From the IMG/VR virus record IMGVR_UViG_3300025087_000051: 64,000 bases of DNA. One strand, 5' to 3'. Both the position numbers and the translations under genes were made by a program. The stretch comes from a virus. Its lineage: Duplodnaviria > Heunggongvirae > Uroviricota > Caudoviricetes. Of this stretch, positions 1 through 9,640 are shown in pieces. Each line of letters starts with the position of its first letter. Positions within the stretch are counted from its first letter, which is position 1. A model generated the notes under the pieces. The model made no database searches, was not told the DNA's origin, and saw only the letters and a list, made by a program, of their open reading frames with translations.

Positions 1-116
1 CTAATTCTGACGAAATAGCGGTCGGTGTTGGTGCTGGATTTATCTTTAAGATTTTCCAAGACGTTATATTCAAGAGGTCGTTATTTCCGGCACAGAGTAT
101 CAAGGGTATAGCATAT

Positions 117-353
117 TTGGACGGTGTTGATGCTTGTACAAACTGTTCAAACGTTGGTGATTGCAGCGATGTTGGCAGGTGTTTGGGTTATTCCGATGAT
201 GAAATTGGTGAGATAGGCGATTATGACGATGTTGATGGCTTGGAAGATTATGATGACGTTGACGGAATAGGTGACGATGATAATGATGAGGTTGGTGCTT
301 ACGCTTCATATGATTATGACAGTCGTGGCGAAGAAGAAGGAGATGATGATTAA
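117..353 (+). CDS. acidic Asp/Glu-rich repeat protein (may be 3' part of a gene starting upstream of window)
   Basis: ORF; tandem DYDDVDG(L/I) repeats encoded by a ~30-nt DNA tandem repeat; N-terminus of next ORF is similarly acidic. Confidence 0.3.
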   Translation: MDGVDACTNCSNVGDCSDVGRCLGYSDDEIGEIGDYDDVDGLEDYDDVDGIGDDDNDEVGAYASYDYDSRGEEEGDDD

Positions 354-552
354 GTAAAAATTGTAAAAAAATAATTCGTCTCCGATCTGATCAATCGGAG
401 ATTCGGTATGTCAGATGTCCGATGCGCACAAACTCTGATATTGGTTTTCGGTAATCCAATTGTAATAAACCGATGGTTGTCCAGAGCCGATACGATCTGG
501 TTGGTTACGAAAGTTATCCATTAAAACTTTTTACAGAATAGGAGAAAATTGA

Positions 553-1467
553 ATGTTAGATGATTATGAAGAAATCAGTGATGATATGGAAGATTATGAT
601 GATTTGCTCGGTGATTTGAGCGATGATGAAGCAGAAGATGTCGGGGCGTTTATGGTGATGGACGGGTACGAACTTGATGGAATTATTGGCGATATTGGAG
701 CTTCCCCTCGTAAGAAGAAGCTTGCCAGAGCAGCTAAGAGAATCAAGGTCAAGGCGAAGAGAAGGGGTGTACCTTCCAAAAAATTGTATCGAAAAGCGAA
801 GCAAAGGAAAAGGGCTAAAAAGGCTGGGAAAAAGATGAAGTCGTTTGGTGGAAAGAGTATGGTTTGTGGTGTTCAAGCTCCTTGCGCCGGACTGTTGCCG
901 AAGAACGAGCCTGTCTATGATACGGAAAGACTGAGTGCGACACAGGCCGCTGGCGACGTAACGTTCTTTGCAATACCGGAAGGACAGAGTTCGAGCGTAT
1001 CCGGTTCAGCCATAACCAAATCGAAATATCATACCAACATGACTGCGGTCAAGATGTTGCCTGTGCCGCAAAGATTCGATGTGTTTGGTCTTTCTTGGTG
1101 TATGGATAGCGCTACCGTTGCAGCCGTAAATGACATAAGAAATAAGTGTGCTGTTCAATTTTATATCGGCAATACTCCTTATGCAACATTAAGACTTTCG
1201 TTGATACCGTTTTATAGTTCTGTTAATGCCGCTTTTGACGGTACTAATGGTGCAGTTCCTAACGTTGCTTGGTGTACAGGCCCCAAAGAGATGTATGATC
1301 TGAGGACTTTCGATCTTGACAGTGGTGTTTTGATTCCGCAAAGAATTGCATTGCAGGAAAATTTCAGCGTTATTCTGAAGATTGACTCTGCGCTTAATAT
1401 GAGTGCGGCTAAAGATGTTTGTTTCACGTTGCATGGTATTAAGTGGACAGAGATTCGTCAGGGTTAA
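553..1467 (+). CDS. hypothetical protein: acidic N-terminus, Lys/Arg-rich linker, C-terminal globular domain (possible virion/DNA-associated protein)
   Basis: 304-aa ORF, strong composition domains, followed by hairpin+T-run. Confidence 0.55.
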   Translation: MLDDYEEISDDMEDYDDLLGDLSDDEAEDVGAFMVMDGYELDGIIGDIGASPRKKKLARAAKRIKVKAKRRGVPSKKLYRKAKQRKRAKKAGKKMKSFGGKSMVCGVQAPCAGLLPKNEPVYDTERLSATQAAGDVTFFAIPEGQSSSVSGSAITKSKYHTNMTAVKMLPVPQRFDVFGLSWCMDSATVAAVNDIRNKCAVQFYIGNTPYATLRLSLIPFYSSVNAAFDGTNGAVPNVAWCTGPKEMYDLRTFDLDSGVLIPQRIALQENFSVILKIDSALNMSAAKDVCFTLHGIKWTEIRQG

Positions 1468-1518
1468 TCGTTGTAATTGTTGAGTTGTATCGTTCTTTTT
1501 ATGTTTATTGTTATTAAT

Positions 1519-1568
1519 AGGTGTGGGGTTAAGCAAAAAATCTCACACCTATTTTTTTAGAAATTTTC
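1519..1568 (+). terminator. putative intrinsic terminator
   Basis: AGGTGTG...CACACCT stem followed by T7 run directly after CDS 553-1467 (loop is long, so moderate). Confidence 0.4.
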
Positions 1569-1589
1569 TCAAAAAGGTGGATAAAACCT

Positions 1590-2375
1590 ATGATGACAAG
1601 AGATAAAGTAAAGGAATATTTGTACAAAATCGGTGCAAATAGAAGCTGGAGCGTACTTCCGCATTCATCTATTTCGACCGTTGCCAACGGTGCTGGTTCA
1701 GTCGTTATTGTTACTCCGTCACGTTATGATTTTCTAGTAAAAGCCATATCGGGCAGAAGTACAGGATCATACCTGTTAAACTTTCTGGGCAGTGGGAAAT
1801 CTGAACTACTCAGTAATAAACCACTTCACAATTCTACCGTTATCGGCACTGGCAATCTTCCCTATCCGTTACCTTTTCCTATTATACTAAGAAGGAGCGG
1901 TAGCTTTGTAGTAGACGTTTCCGATCTTTCCGGTGCTGCTAATACTATTGAGATTCAGCTTCACGGAATAGCTCTTTATCAAGAAAAAGATACGGAATCG
2001 CTCATACAAAAATATTTAGGAATGATTCCTTATTTTTATACTACGGATTCTACCTTTGCGCTTACCACTGCCGATGCTACTAAAAATATTTCGCTTGTTA
2101 ATAGTCATGATTTTTTATGGACTCAGTGGACATATACAGATACAAACGCAACCACAACTATTGATATTAAATTACAAGCTACGGACGGAAGGACGTTGCA
2201 TCCACCAGACTTGTATATAGATTTACAAGCAGTTACAGGTGGCGCACAATATCCGAAGAAGTTGGAGCATCCAACACCACTATACGGAGGTAATACCTTT
2301 AGCGTTACGGCGAGAGATACGGCTGGTGCAAATACGCTATATCTTACTTTTGGTGGAATAGCATTGTATAAATAG
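1590..2375 (+). CDS. hypothetical protein
   Basis: 261-aa ORF in co-directional array, RBS-like AAAGGTGG upstream. Confidence 0.5.
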   Translation: MMTRDKVKEYLYKIGANRSWSVLPHSSISTVANGAGSVVIVTPSRYDFLVKAISGRSTGSYLLNFLGSGKSELLSNKPLHNSTVIGTGNLPYPLPFPIILRRSGSFVVDVSDLSGAANTIEIQLHGIALYQEKDTESLIQKYLGMIPYFYTTDSTFALTTADATKNISLVNSHDFLWTQWTYTDTNATTTIDIKLQATDGRTLHPPDLYIDLQAVTGGAQYPKKLEHPTPLYGGNTFSVTARDTAGANTLYLTFGGIALYK

Positions 2376-2495
2376 TATGGATAAAAATCTTCTTAAAAAA
2401 TCAGGCACAGTAGCGGTAATAATTATTTTCTGTCTAGTCGTTGGATGGTTCGGTATCGAACTTTCAGAAATATTGTATTGGAGGGTAGATTGATC

Positions 2496-3077
2496 ATGAA
2501 TAAATGTTTAAAACTTAAAAGCACACGGCATGATTTTTTTAATTTACCGGAAAACAAAATTCCGATAAATGAGTATGAAAAAGAAGTAGCTCTATCTAAA
2601 ACTGAATTGTATAAAGTTTTCGACATGGTGTTGAGAAAGAATGCGAAAACATTCACATCAAGAGAAAGCATATTTCTGGCGAATCAGCGTACATTTATTC
2701 AAACATCTGGCAAAATAACCGTTCCTATAGCTGTTGGCAGTGTTTATGGAACAGCAACAGTAATAGATTATACTTTGCCATTGAGGAGTGAAGGGTTTGT
2801 ACATGAGTTCGGTATTGGATATGTGACTCCGAACGGACAAGAAAAAATATTACTAAATTTCCTAGTCAATGATAAGATTGAACCAGGACTGTCCCAGCAA
2901 AGGTTTACTGAGTCTTTTGATACGCCACGACCTATAAAAATTCCACTGCCATCGAATAGTACCAATCTTAAAGTTATTGCATATAATATTGATGATGTAG
3001 CGCCATACGAAATCAAGGTTACAATGGTTGGATACTGGCAATATTTAGAATCTGATAAAGACCAACTAATCAAATAA
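2496..3077 (+). CDS. hypothetical protein
   Basis: ORF 2445-3077; GGAGGG RBS precedes internal ATG at 2496. Confidence 0.45.
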   Translation: MNKCLKLKSTRHDFFNLPENKIPINEYEKEVALSKTELYKVFDMVLRKNAKTFTSRESIFLANQRTFIQTSGKITVPIAVGSVYGTATVIDYTLPLRSEGFVHEFGIGYVTPNGQEKILLNFLVNDKIEPGLSQQRFTESFDTPRPIKIPLPSNSTNLKVIAYNIDDVAPYEIKVTMVGYWQYLESDKDQLIK

Positions 3078-3078
3078 C

Positions 3079-3804
3079 ATGAAAAAATATAAATTCTTAT
3101 CATATTTTTTTTTGTTTGTATCGTTCTTTGGGTTAATTCATGGTGTAAATGCTGAAATTGCTAAAACATTACTAGGCACAACCACGACCAATCCGACCGG
3201 AACATATACGTCCGCGCCAAAACCAACGACCGGTTATACCTGGTTTCGCGGACATATCATAACGGATGGTAGTAATGGGGCAGAAAATCAACCTACTGGA
3301 TATATTGAACAATCGCTCAATCCATCAGCGCCATTGAGTTATCACGGTACGAACACGATTACTTTTTCGAGGTCGGGACAGCTTTGGACAGGTTCGATAA
3401 ATTCTGCAATTATTGGACAATATGCAAGGCTGGTAATTGGTAATTTTGGCGATGCCTCGTTATTGGCTATTAACTGGTTCGTAACACCAGAAACGTCTGT
3501 CAGCACTACGTTAAATCTTACTACGACCCCAATTGCTTCGGGTACAGTGAAAACGGTAGGAATGTCAAGCATAACATTGATAGAAGCTAATACGAGTCGA
3601 AAGTATATACTAATAATTAATACGGGTAATCAAGATTTGTACGTAGACCCTGATAGTCCTGCTGATTCTAATACTGCACGCATATTCATTTCTGGTGGTA
3701 ATGGTTCGTATGAAAAAGAAAGCATGGCATCTATTTATACCGGTGCATTTTATTGCATAACGGCTACGGGAACAACAGAAGTGAGGGTATTTGAAAATAA
3801 TTAA
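3079..3804 (+). CDS. secreted protein with N-terminal signal peptide; paralog of 5231-6094 (tail-fibre/adhesin-like?)
   Basis: signal peptide MKKYKFLSYFFLFVSFFGLIHGVNA; shared motifs NPTGTYTS...YARLVIGNF with 5231-6094. Confidence 0.55.
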   Translation: MKKYKFLSYFFLFVSFFGLIHGVNAEIAKTLLGTTTTNPTGTYTSAPKPTTGYTWFRGHIITDGSNGAENQPTGYIEQSLNPSAPLSYHGTNTITFSRSGQLWTGSINSAIIGQYARLVIGNFGDASLLAINWFVTPETSVSTTLNLTTTPIASGTVKTVGMSSITLIEANTSRKYILIINTGNQDLYVDPDSPADSNTARIFISGGNGSYEKESMASIYTGAFYCITATGTTEVRVFENN

Positions 3805-4555
3805 AAAAATAATAAAAAAAGAAAACAAATTATTGATTCTTCTGGTTTGTCTTTTCTTGTTTTTGATAAGTAATCAAAATTTTGCCGGATATAACGTACC
3901 AAACAAACACGGAAGTCAATTATTTACTGAAACCGGCACTTTTATTGTACCTAGTGGCATTACGACCGTTTACGTAACAATGGTGGGGGCGGGCGGGGGT
4001 GGTGGGGGCGGCGCTGCCGGTAATACTGGAGGCACTACAGATACGGGCGGCGGAGGGGGAAGCAGTGGTGGTGCTTTTGTAAATCAACCATTGGTGGTAA
4101 CTGGTGGAAATTCTTATATAATAACTGTGGGTGTTGGTGGAATTGGCGGAAGCGGTGCAACCACTTCCCAGACCCAGGGTACTACCGCAAATGCTGGGGG
4201 TAATTCTTCCTTTTCGAGCTTGCTTGTTGCTGTCGGTGGTGGTGGTGGTGGGATGGGAAGATTAGACGCTGTTAGTTCTAGCAGTAGCGGAGGTATTAAT
4301 ACTGCTGGTGGTATATCTGGCAGTAATGGTAGTGGGTCAGCTACTATCGATGGTGCTCCAGGCCGTGATAGTTTGTTTGGAGATGGTAGCGTTGGCGGGT
4401 ATGGCGGGTATGAGAATGACGGACTAGACGGTACGGCAGTATCCATAACAAACACTTACGGCTCTGGCGGTGGGGGCGGAGGGGCTGCTCAATATCCATA
4501 TCTCGGTGGAGATGGCGCAGACGGCGCAGATGGCATGGTATTAATAACGTGGTGA
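3791..4555 (+). CDS. glycine-rich secreted protein (tail-fibre-like Gly-rich repeats)
   Basis: signal peptide/TM then long GGGGG / GGxGG tracts, GADGADG C-terminus. Confidence 0.55.
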   Translation: MKIIKKIIKKENKLLILLVCLFLFLISNQNFAGYNVPNKHGSQLFTETGTFIVPSGITTVYVTMVGAGGGGGGGAAGNTGGTTDTGGGGGSSGGAFVNQPLVVTGGNSYIITVGVGGIGGSGATTSQTQGTTANAGGNSSFSSLLVAVGGGGGGMGRLDAVSSSSSGGINTAGGISGSNGSGSATIDGAPGRDSLFGDGSVGGYGGYENDGLDGTAVSITNTYGSGGGGGGAAQYPYLGGDGADGADGMVLITW

Positions 4556-5217
4556 TGAATAAAAAAATGAAATATATCGAAAATTTTATTCTATTTTTCT
4601 TGGCATGGTTTTTTGTGTTAAACAGTAATTTTAACACAGCAGATGCCGCTATCGTTAAAATATATAAATTGAAAGATATAGATACAGAATCAGATAAAAG
4701 ATATTTCAATGGCGGTTTGTATTTTTATCGATCAGATACTGGTGATGTTGTCGGATTTACACTTGATTCTGATTATACTGGAAACAAAGGAATAGAAATA
4801 ACCGAAAGCGAATATTTGAATTATGTCGAATCGTTTCCATTAACTCATAAAAAAATTGAATTAACTATAAAACAAAAAAGAGCATTGGCTACCAATATTC
4901 TTATCTCAAAACAGAACAAAATATTTCTTTATTTTCTCGGTAAAGAAGTAGAAACGGCGGAAGAGGTTAGGAAAATTGCTAAGGAAAGAACCAGTGATTT
5001 ATTATCAGATAAATTAGAAAATAATGAATTGAATCTTATCATGTTATTATTTGCATATTCAGGCAAGGTTCAATTCAATCAGACCGGAATACAAGGAGTA
5101 AATTCACAACTTGAAGCGGATAACTACTTGACTAATTTTTACAACGATACGATTAAGAAAATAAACAATATAAAAAATCAGGCGAAACAATTCATACAAG
5201 ACAACAATTTGAATTAA
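4549..5217 (+). CDS. secreted hypothetical protein
   Basis: N-terminal hydrophobic signal FILFFLAWFFVLNSNFNTADA. Confidence 0.45.
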   Translation: MVMNKKMKYIENFILFFLAWFFVLNSNFNTADAAIVKIYKLKDIDTESDKRYFNGGLYFYRSDTGDVVGFTLDSDYTGNKGIEITESEYLNYVESFPLTHKKIELTIKQKRALATNILISKQNKIFLYFLGKEVETAEEVRKIAKERTSDLLSDKLENNELNLIMLLFAYSGKVQFNQTGIQGVNSQLEADNYLTNFYNDTIKKINNIKNQAKQFIQDNNLN

Positions 5218-5230
5218 AGGATATAATCAT

Positions 5231-6094
5231 ATGAAAAATATTATACAAAAGATATGCTATGCAATATTTATTTTCTACTTACCCGCTTCTTTTGTTTTTG
5301 CCAACAGTGTCCCAACCACTAGAAAAATCCTCGATGTCTCCGTAAACAGTCCAACCGGAACATATACAAGCGGTTCTTTCCCCTTACAAGACTATACAAG
5401 AATCAAAGGTGCGATAGTAATGGATAGTAGTTCTGACACTACGCCGATAGCTCATTTGAATCAAATCATTGCAACCGCTACAGCATTTTGGTTCGGTACT
5501 AATACGGTTTCATTTCATTACGATGGTACTTATTGGAAGGGCGAGGTTAATATTCCTGTTTTAGGCAAATATGCAAGATTAATCGTTGGAAATTTTAACA
5601 ATGCTACGAACTGGCAGTCATATTTGTACGTAACGAATGAATCAGGTGATAGATTTGTTGAAGCGCAACGAAGCGAAATCGTCAATAATGTAAGATTGAC
5701 CTATTTTGTAGATAAATATACAGACATATACGGAGTGGTTGTGGATCGTTTCAATTCCTATAATCTTGAGCCTGCTTCTGGATATGTCTATGACGATACG
5801 GGCGGGTCTGGTACATTGAGTGGAAGCGTGGCGATTCGAGGCTTCGATACAAATGAAATCTCAATCATAATTAATAGCATCGTTGACGGTACGGTCACGA
5901 TACGAATACAAGAACAAGTCGGATCAACAACGTTTTGGTCAAATGTTGCAGATATAGAACTTGGATCGGCAACGTCTTATTCACTTTCTTTGGACGAATC
6001 TCCTTGGAATGTAAGAATTGGATTGAATAAGACCGCAACTGGCATTGCTTCTGTGAGTATTATAGAATCGTATTCAACGAAAATTAATAACTGA
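5231..6094 (+). CDS. secreted protein, paralog of 3079-3804
   Basis: signal peptide; conserved SPTGTYTSG...KYARLIVGNFNNATNW blocks. Confidence 0.55.
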   Translation: MKNIIQKICYAIFIFYLPASFVFANSVPTTRKILDVSVNSPTGTYTSGSFPLQDYTRIKGAIVMDSSSDTTPIAHLNQIIATATAFWFGTNTVSFHYDGTYWKGEVNIPVLGKYARLIVGNFNNATNWQSYLYVTNESGDRFVEAQRSEIVNNVRLTYFVDKYTDIYGVVVDRFNSYNLEPASGYVYDDTGGSGTLSGSVAIRGFDTNEISIIINSIVDGTVTIRIQEQVGSTTFWSNVADIELGSATSYSLSLDESPWNVRIGLNKTATGIASVSIIESYSTKINN

Positions 6095-6111
6095 AACAAG
6101 AAAGAAATAAT

Positions 6112-7248
6112 ATGAAAAAAAAATATCTAATTATTGTCTTGGCGGTATTGGGATGCGCAGGATTGATGGGACTGGCCGCACCTGTTAAAATTGGACTAAA
6201 AGATATGTTTAATCCTGCTGGACGAATTAAATATCTCTGGTGGGATACGGGACAAAAAGATACTCGTGCTTCACTGCTTGCTGCCGCAGGTGGTGGCGAT
6301 GTTTCATATCCTATCGACATATCAGGAACGGAAACAACAGGTATCTTGCCTGAAAGTAAAGGCGGTTTCGGTACGAGTACGCCTGGTTATGTGCGACAAA
6401 ATAGCGGTAGCTCTACAACACAAACAGCCACAGATATTACAATAGCTGGAACTGGAACTGACACATCAACGATGAGGACAAACGGAGTCGATATATCCCC
6501 AACTGAAAAGAGCTATAGCGATGGCTTGACCGGTAATATCCAAACTCAAATCAACTCTAAGGTTGGTACGCAAAGTTTTTCTACAATTACAGGTTCAGTT
6601 ACGGCAAGTCAGCTACCTTCGGACGGTATTGTTGCACAAAACAATGGATCGTCCACGAACCAAACACTAACAAATGCAATATTGCAAGGTACAAATACTA
6701 CTTTTCCAACTAATGAAACAACCACAGGAACAAAAACAATAACTCTTGCCGCAGATTCAGATTTTCAAATAATGACGAATGGTGGTAAGTTCCGTGTGTC
6801 GGGAGATATTGTAGGTTCTAGCACGCCTCGGATGCTATTCAAAATATCATCTCCTGTTGTGCTTGGTACTACTACTACTGCTGCTACAATGGTTGGTTCG
6901 TGGACAATACCAGCAGGAACTATGGATATTGACAGTGGTATACAATTTTATTTAGGTGGAACAAATACAGCAAACAGTTCAGGACTCTTTAGAATCGATG
7001 TAGGCAGTCAAACAATATTTAATAATGGGATGACAACCAATGTATTTCTCAAGGAAATACCGTATTTTCAAAATACTGGAAGTACGTCTACAAATGTGTA
7101 TGGCCCGAATTTCCAATCATTTTTGTCTCCATCGCAAAGAATTTTTAGTTCAACGGTAAACACAGCAGTTGATTTAGAGGTATCAGTATGGTTGGCTGGG
7201 ACGGGAACTACTGTGTTGTCCTGGTTTAGGGCGGTGCTAGAGCCATGA
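6112..7248 (+). CDS. Thr/Ser-rich lipoprotein-like secreted protein
   Basis: MKKKYLIIVLAVLGCAG signal/lipobox-like; TS-rich repeats. Confidence 0.55.
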   Translation: MKKKYLIIVLAVLGCAGLMGLAAPVKIGLKDMFNPAGRIKYLWWDTGQKDTRASLLAAAGGGDVSYPIDISGTETTGILPESKGGFGTSTPGYVRQNSGSSTTQTATDITIAGTGTDTSTMRTNGVDISPTEKSYSDGLTGNIQTQINSKVGTQSFSTITGSVTASQLPSDGIVAQNNGSSTNQTLTNAILQGTNTTFPTNETTTGTKTITLAADSDFQIMTNGGKFRVSGDIVGSSTPRMLFKISSPVVLGTTTTAATMVGSWTIPAGTMDIDSGIQFYLGGTNTANSSGLFRIDVGSQTIFNNGMTTNVFLKEIPYFQNTGSTSTNVYGPNFQSFLSPSQRIFSSTVNTAVDLEVSVWLAGTGTTVLSWFRAVLEP

Positions 7249-9014
7249 AAATATTAATATTAATAATCTCAATAATGCTGTCATTTGAATACTGCTCACG
7301 TGCAGATGTTTATATTGACCCATCAACAGGCACACCTACCCAAAATGGAACAATAGATGCTCCGTACGATTCGTGGAGTGATGTTGTATGGGCAGCAAAT
7401 ACTACTTATCGACAGAGGGAGGGGACAACCTATGTCAATACGATACGTGTAGATGTTCCAAACACCACAACATTTAACGGAACTATTACCTCATACAAGG
7501 CAATGCCAGAAGATTCCGGGAGACCTATTATTCATGGTTTAATTCCTGTCGAAGGTACGTGGACACAGAGAGCAGATGCAACTTACTATGCCACGCAAAC
7601 AACTACCTTTACGTTTAATAATGCAAACATGTGGGCTGATCAGGTAGAAATAAATCGCACTGCTGCTGCTACGACTACACCGAGCAATGCATCATGGAGT
7701 ACCGTTTCAAATGTGATTTATCTAAACGTAGGAACTTATACTTTTAGTATTGGTACATCAACTTTTGAAAGATCAAATAGCACGATCAATACCGGTATTT
7801 ATCTTTGGGACAGTAATTGCTCAGTTGTCGGCATGCAAGTGGAATGGACACCGTTTAGCGGTATAACGGGATTGTCTACTTCTGACAATATATATATTTA
7901 TGACTGTGTTGTTGAGCATTGTGGACAGAATCAATATACTTCTGGGCAAAACTGTATTCAGGGACTCGGGAATAATTGTTATATTGGAAGCTGCACTGCT
8001 AGGTATGCAGGAGATAATGGAATAGCACATGAAAATTTGGAAGGTACAGGGAATGAGAGGCCGACAAATACAGGTAATGTTGTTGAGAATTGCGAATCTT
8101 CCTTTAATTGGAATGTGGGGATTACTGTTAAAGGAGAGGGGCCTCTTTGTAATAGTGCCATTATACGGAATAACAATGTCCATGACAACGGATTGTTGTC
8201 GACTGATCTGAATCAGGACATTGACTATAATCGTTGTGGAATAAGATTACAGAACTTTTTCGGCACTGTGACTGGCAATACTATATATCGAAATGGAGGA
8301 GCAGGGATATATAGTCTCGGTTCAACAAATACTGCATACACAGATCCACAAATTACCACGATTGAATACAACGACGTTTACAATAATTATTTGGAGCAAT
8401 CAAGCGGGTATGGTAATAATCTGCCACCTACCGATTACCATCGCGGCGACAGGGGTGGGATTGCATTAATAACTCGTTATGTGACAGCAGATATAAACAG
8501 TTATTTTTCTTTGTCAAATAATACGGTACATGAAATGGGCACTGGTAGTGTTGCACTGTACTATTTTTCTTTATCAACATTCTCCGCTGTTAGTCCTGTA
8601 AAAGCTTATAACAATATTTTTATTTCGGAAGGTACTTATTCAGTACACAGAGATAAGTCTGATTTTTCAACAGGGAGTGATTTTGACAATAATGTATTAA
8701 ATAGTAATTCTCTTGTTTCGTCAGACAGAGGAATTGATGAAACATTTGCAACCTGGAATGCTAAAAGTTATGTTGGCACAGATTTACAATTTGATCCTGG
8801 ATGGGTAGGGTCTTCAACGTACAATCACAATCTTGTATCGAGCTCCCCAATACGGAATATCGGAATTGAAATTGGTACAAGAATTACCGATGTGCTTGGT
8901 AATCCTTTGTCTGGAATAAGGGATATAGGGGCTTTTGAATACCAGCCGGTTGGGAGTACCTTTTCTGGGGGAGCTTCAACCTTCAGCGGAAATACTTCAA
9001 CTTTTACAGATTGA
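7245..9014 (+). CDS. right-handed parallel beta-helix (pectate-lyase fold) protein, likely tailspike/depolymerase or adhesin
   Basis: signal peptide; repeated NxxxxNG / hNNhhhDNG-type turns (NNNVHDNGL, GNTIYRNGGAGIY) typical of beta-helix repeats. Confidence 0.6.
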   Translation: MKILILIISIMLSFEYCSRADVYIDPSTGTPTQNGTIDAPYDSWSDVVWAANTTYRQREGTTYVNTIRVDVPNTTTFNGTITSYKAMPEDSGRPIIHGLIPVEGTWTQRADATYYATQTTTFTFNNANMWADQVEINRTAAATTTPSNASWSTVSNVIYLNVGTYTFSIGTSTFERSNSTINTGIYLWDSNCSVVGMQVEWTPFSGITGLSTSDNIYIYDCVVEHCGQNQYTSGQNCIQGLGNNCYIGSCTARYAGDNGIAHENLEGTGNERPTNTGNVVENCESSFNWNVGITVKGEGPLCNSAIIRNNNVHDNGLLSTDLNQDIDYNRCGIRLQNFFGTVTGNTIYRNGGAGIYSLGSTNTAYTDPQITTIEYNDVYNNYLEQSSGYGNNLPPTDYHRGDRGGIALITRYVTADINSYFSLSNNTVHEMGTGSVALYYFSLSTFSAVSPVKAYNNIFISEGTYSVHRDKSDFSTGSDFDNNVLNSNSLVSSDRGIDETFATWNAKSYVGTDLQFDPGWVGSSTYNHNLVSSSPIRNIGIEIGTRITDVLGNPLSGIRDIGAFEYQPVGSTFSGGASTFSGNTSTFTD

Positions 9015-9063
9015 GCTAGTCAGAAGCGTTGCGGCATTTTTCGATAAGGAAAGAAAAAAGAAA

Positions 9064-9327
9064 ATGATCAAAAAATTGTTGATTACAAAATTAAAAGAGT
9101 ACGGAGAAAGCTTAATAATAAAACATGGAGAAACCGATATTGGCATGATTGGTAAAATTGTTGATGGTTATGTCGAAAAGTTATCACCGATAAAAAAAAG
9201 AATAACTAAGACTATGATCAGGCATGTAAAAAACGATATTGATAACTATGTAAAAAATGTAAAACAGAAGCAAAACAATCCTGGTACAGTTATAGACGTT
9301 GATTTTACCGTTAAAGATAAAAAATGA
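9064..9327 (+). CDS. hypothetical protein
   Basis: ORF 8935-9327, likely start at internal Met 9064 after previous CDS end. Confidence 0.35.
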   Translation: MIKKLLITKLKEYGESLIIKHGETDIGMIGKIVDGYVEKLSPIKKRITKTMIRHVKNDIDNYVKNVKQKQNNPGTVIDVDFTVKDKK

Positions 9328-9524
9328 GTAACAGATTTGTTTTTGATAAAGAATTTAAAGAAAAACTGAACGCTGTAAATGAAGCTGCACACAAATATTT
9401 TAAAATAAAAGCAGAATATGATGAAGCCACTGATAAATTACATTTACTCCTAGATAAACAAAAAGAAACCGATAAAGAATTATACCAACTTGTGAACTAC
9501 TCTAACCAATCAGAGATTGGATAG
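9324..9524 (+). CDS. hypothetical protein (3' end overlaps tnpB convergently)
   Basis: 66-aa ORF, start overlaps previous stop. Confidence 0.35.
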   Translation: MSNRFVFDKEFKEKLNAVNEAAHKYFKIKAEYDEATDKLHLLLDKQKETDKELYQLVNYSNQSEIG

Positions 9525-9640
9525 GGCTTCTTGGTTCTCAGGCAGCATCTGGCATAAGCTGCCTCCCCAAGCGTAACTTTCCGTAGTTCCTACGGTAGAT
9601 TTTTTTAGAATATTTAGTGAGGCATTGTGGTCTCTATCAA
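9440..9640 (-). ncRNA. putative omegaRNA/reRNA scaffold overlapping tnpB 3' end
   Basis: hairpins GGCAGC-11nt-GCTGCC and CCGTAG-GAA-CTACGG inside/after the last 35 codons of tnpB, the usual omegaRNA position; exact ends not determinable. Confidence 0.35.

Noticed and set aside
2423-3828. Minus-strand ORFs 2423-2671, 2658-2840, 2768-3103, 3342-3572, 3610-3828
   Set aside because: Antisense to co-directional + strand genes in a region where every supported gene is on +; no RBS or start context.
4114-4709. Minus-strand ORFs 4114-4455 and 4344-4709 (Pro-rich)
   Set aside because: Antisense of the Gly-rich gene (GGN codons read as Pro on the other strand); artefact.
7821-8211. Minus and alternative-frame ORFs inside the beta-helix gene (7821-8183, 7979-8188, 8029-8211)
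   Set aside because: Embedded within a well-supported long CDS; no independent signals.
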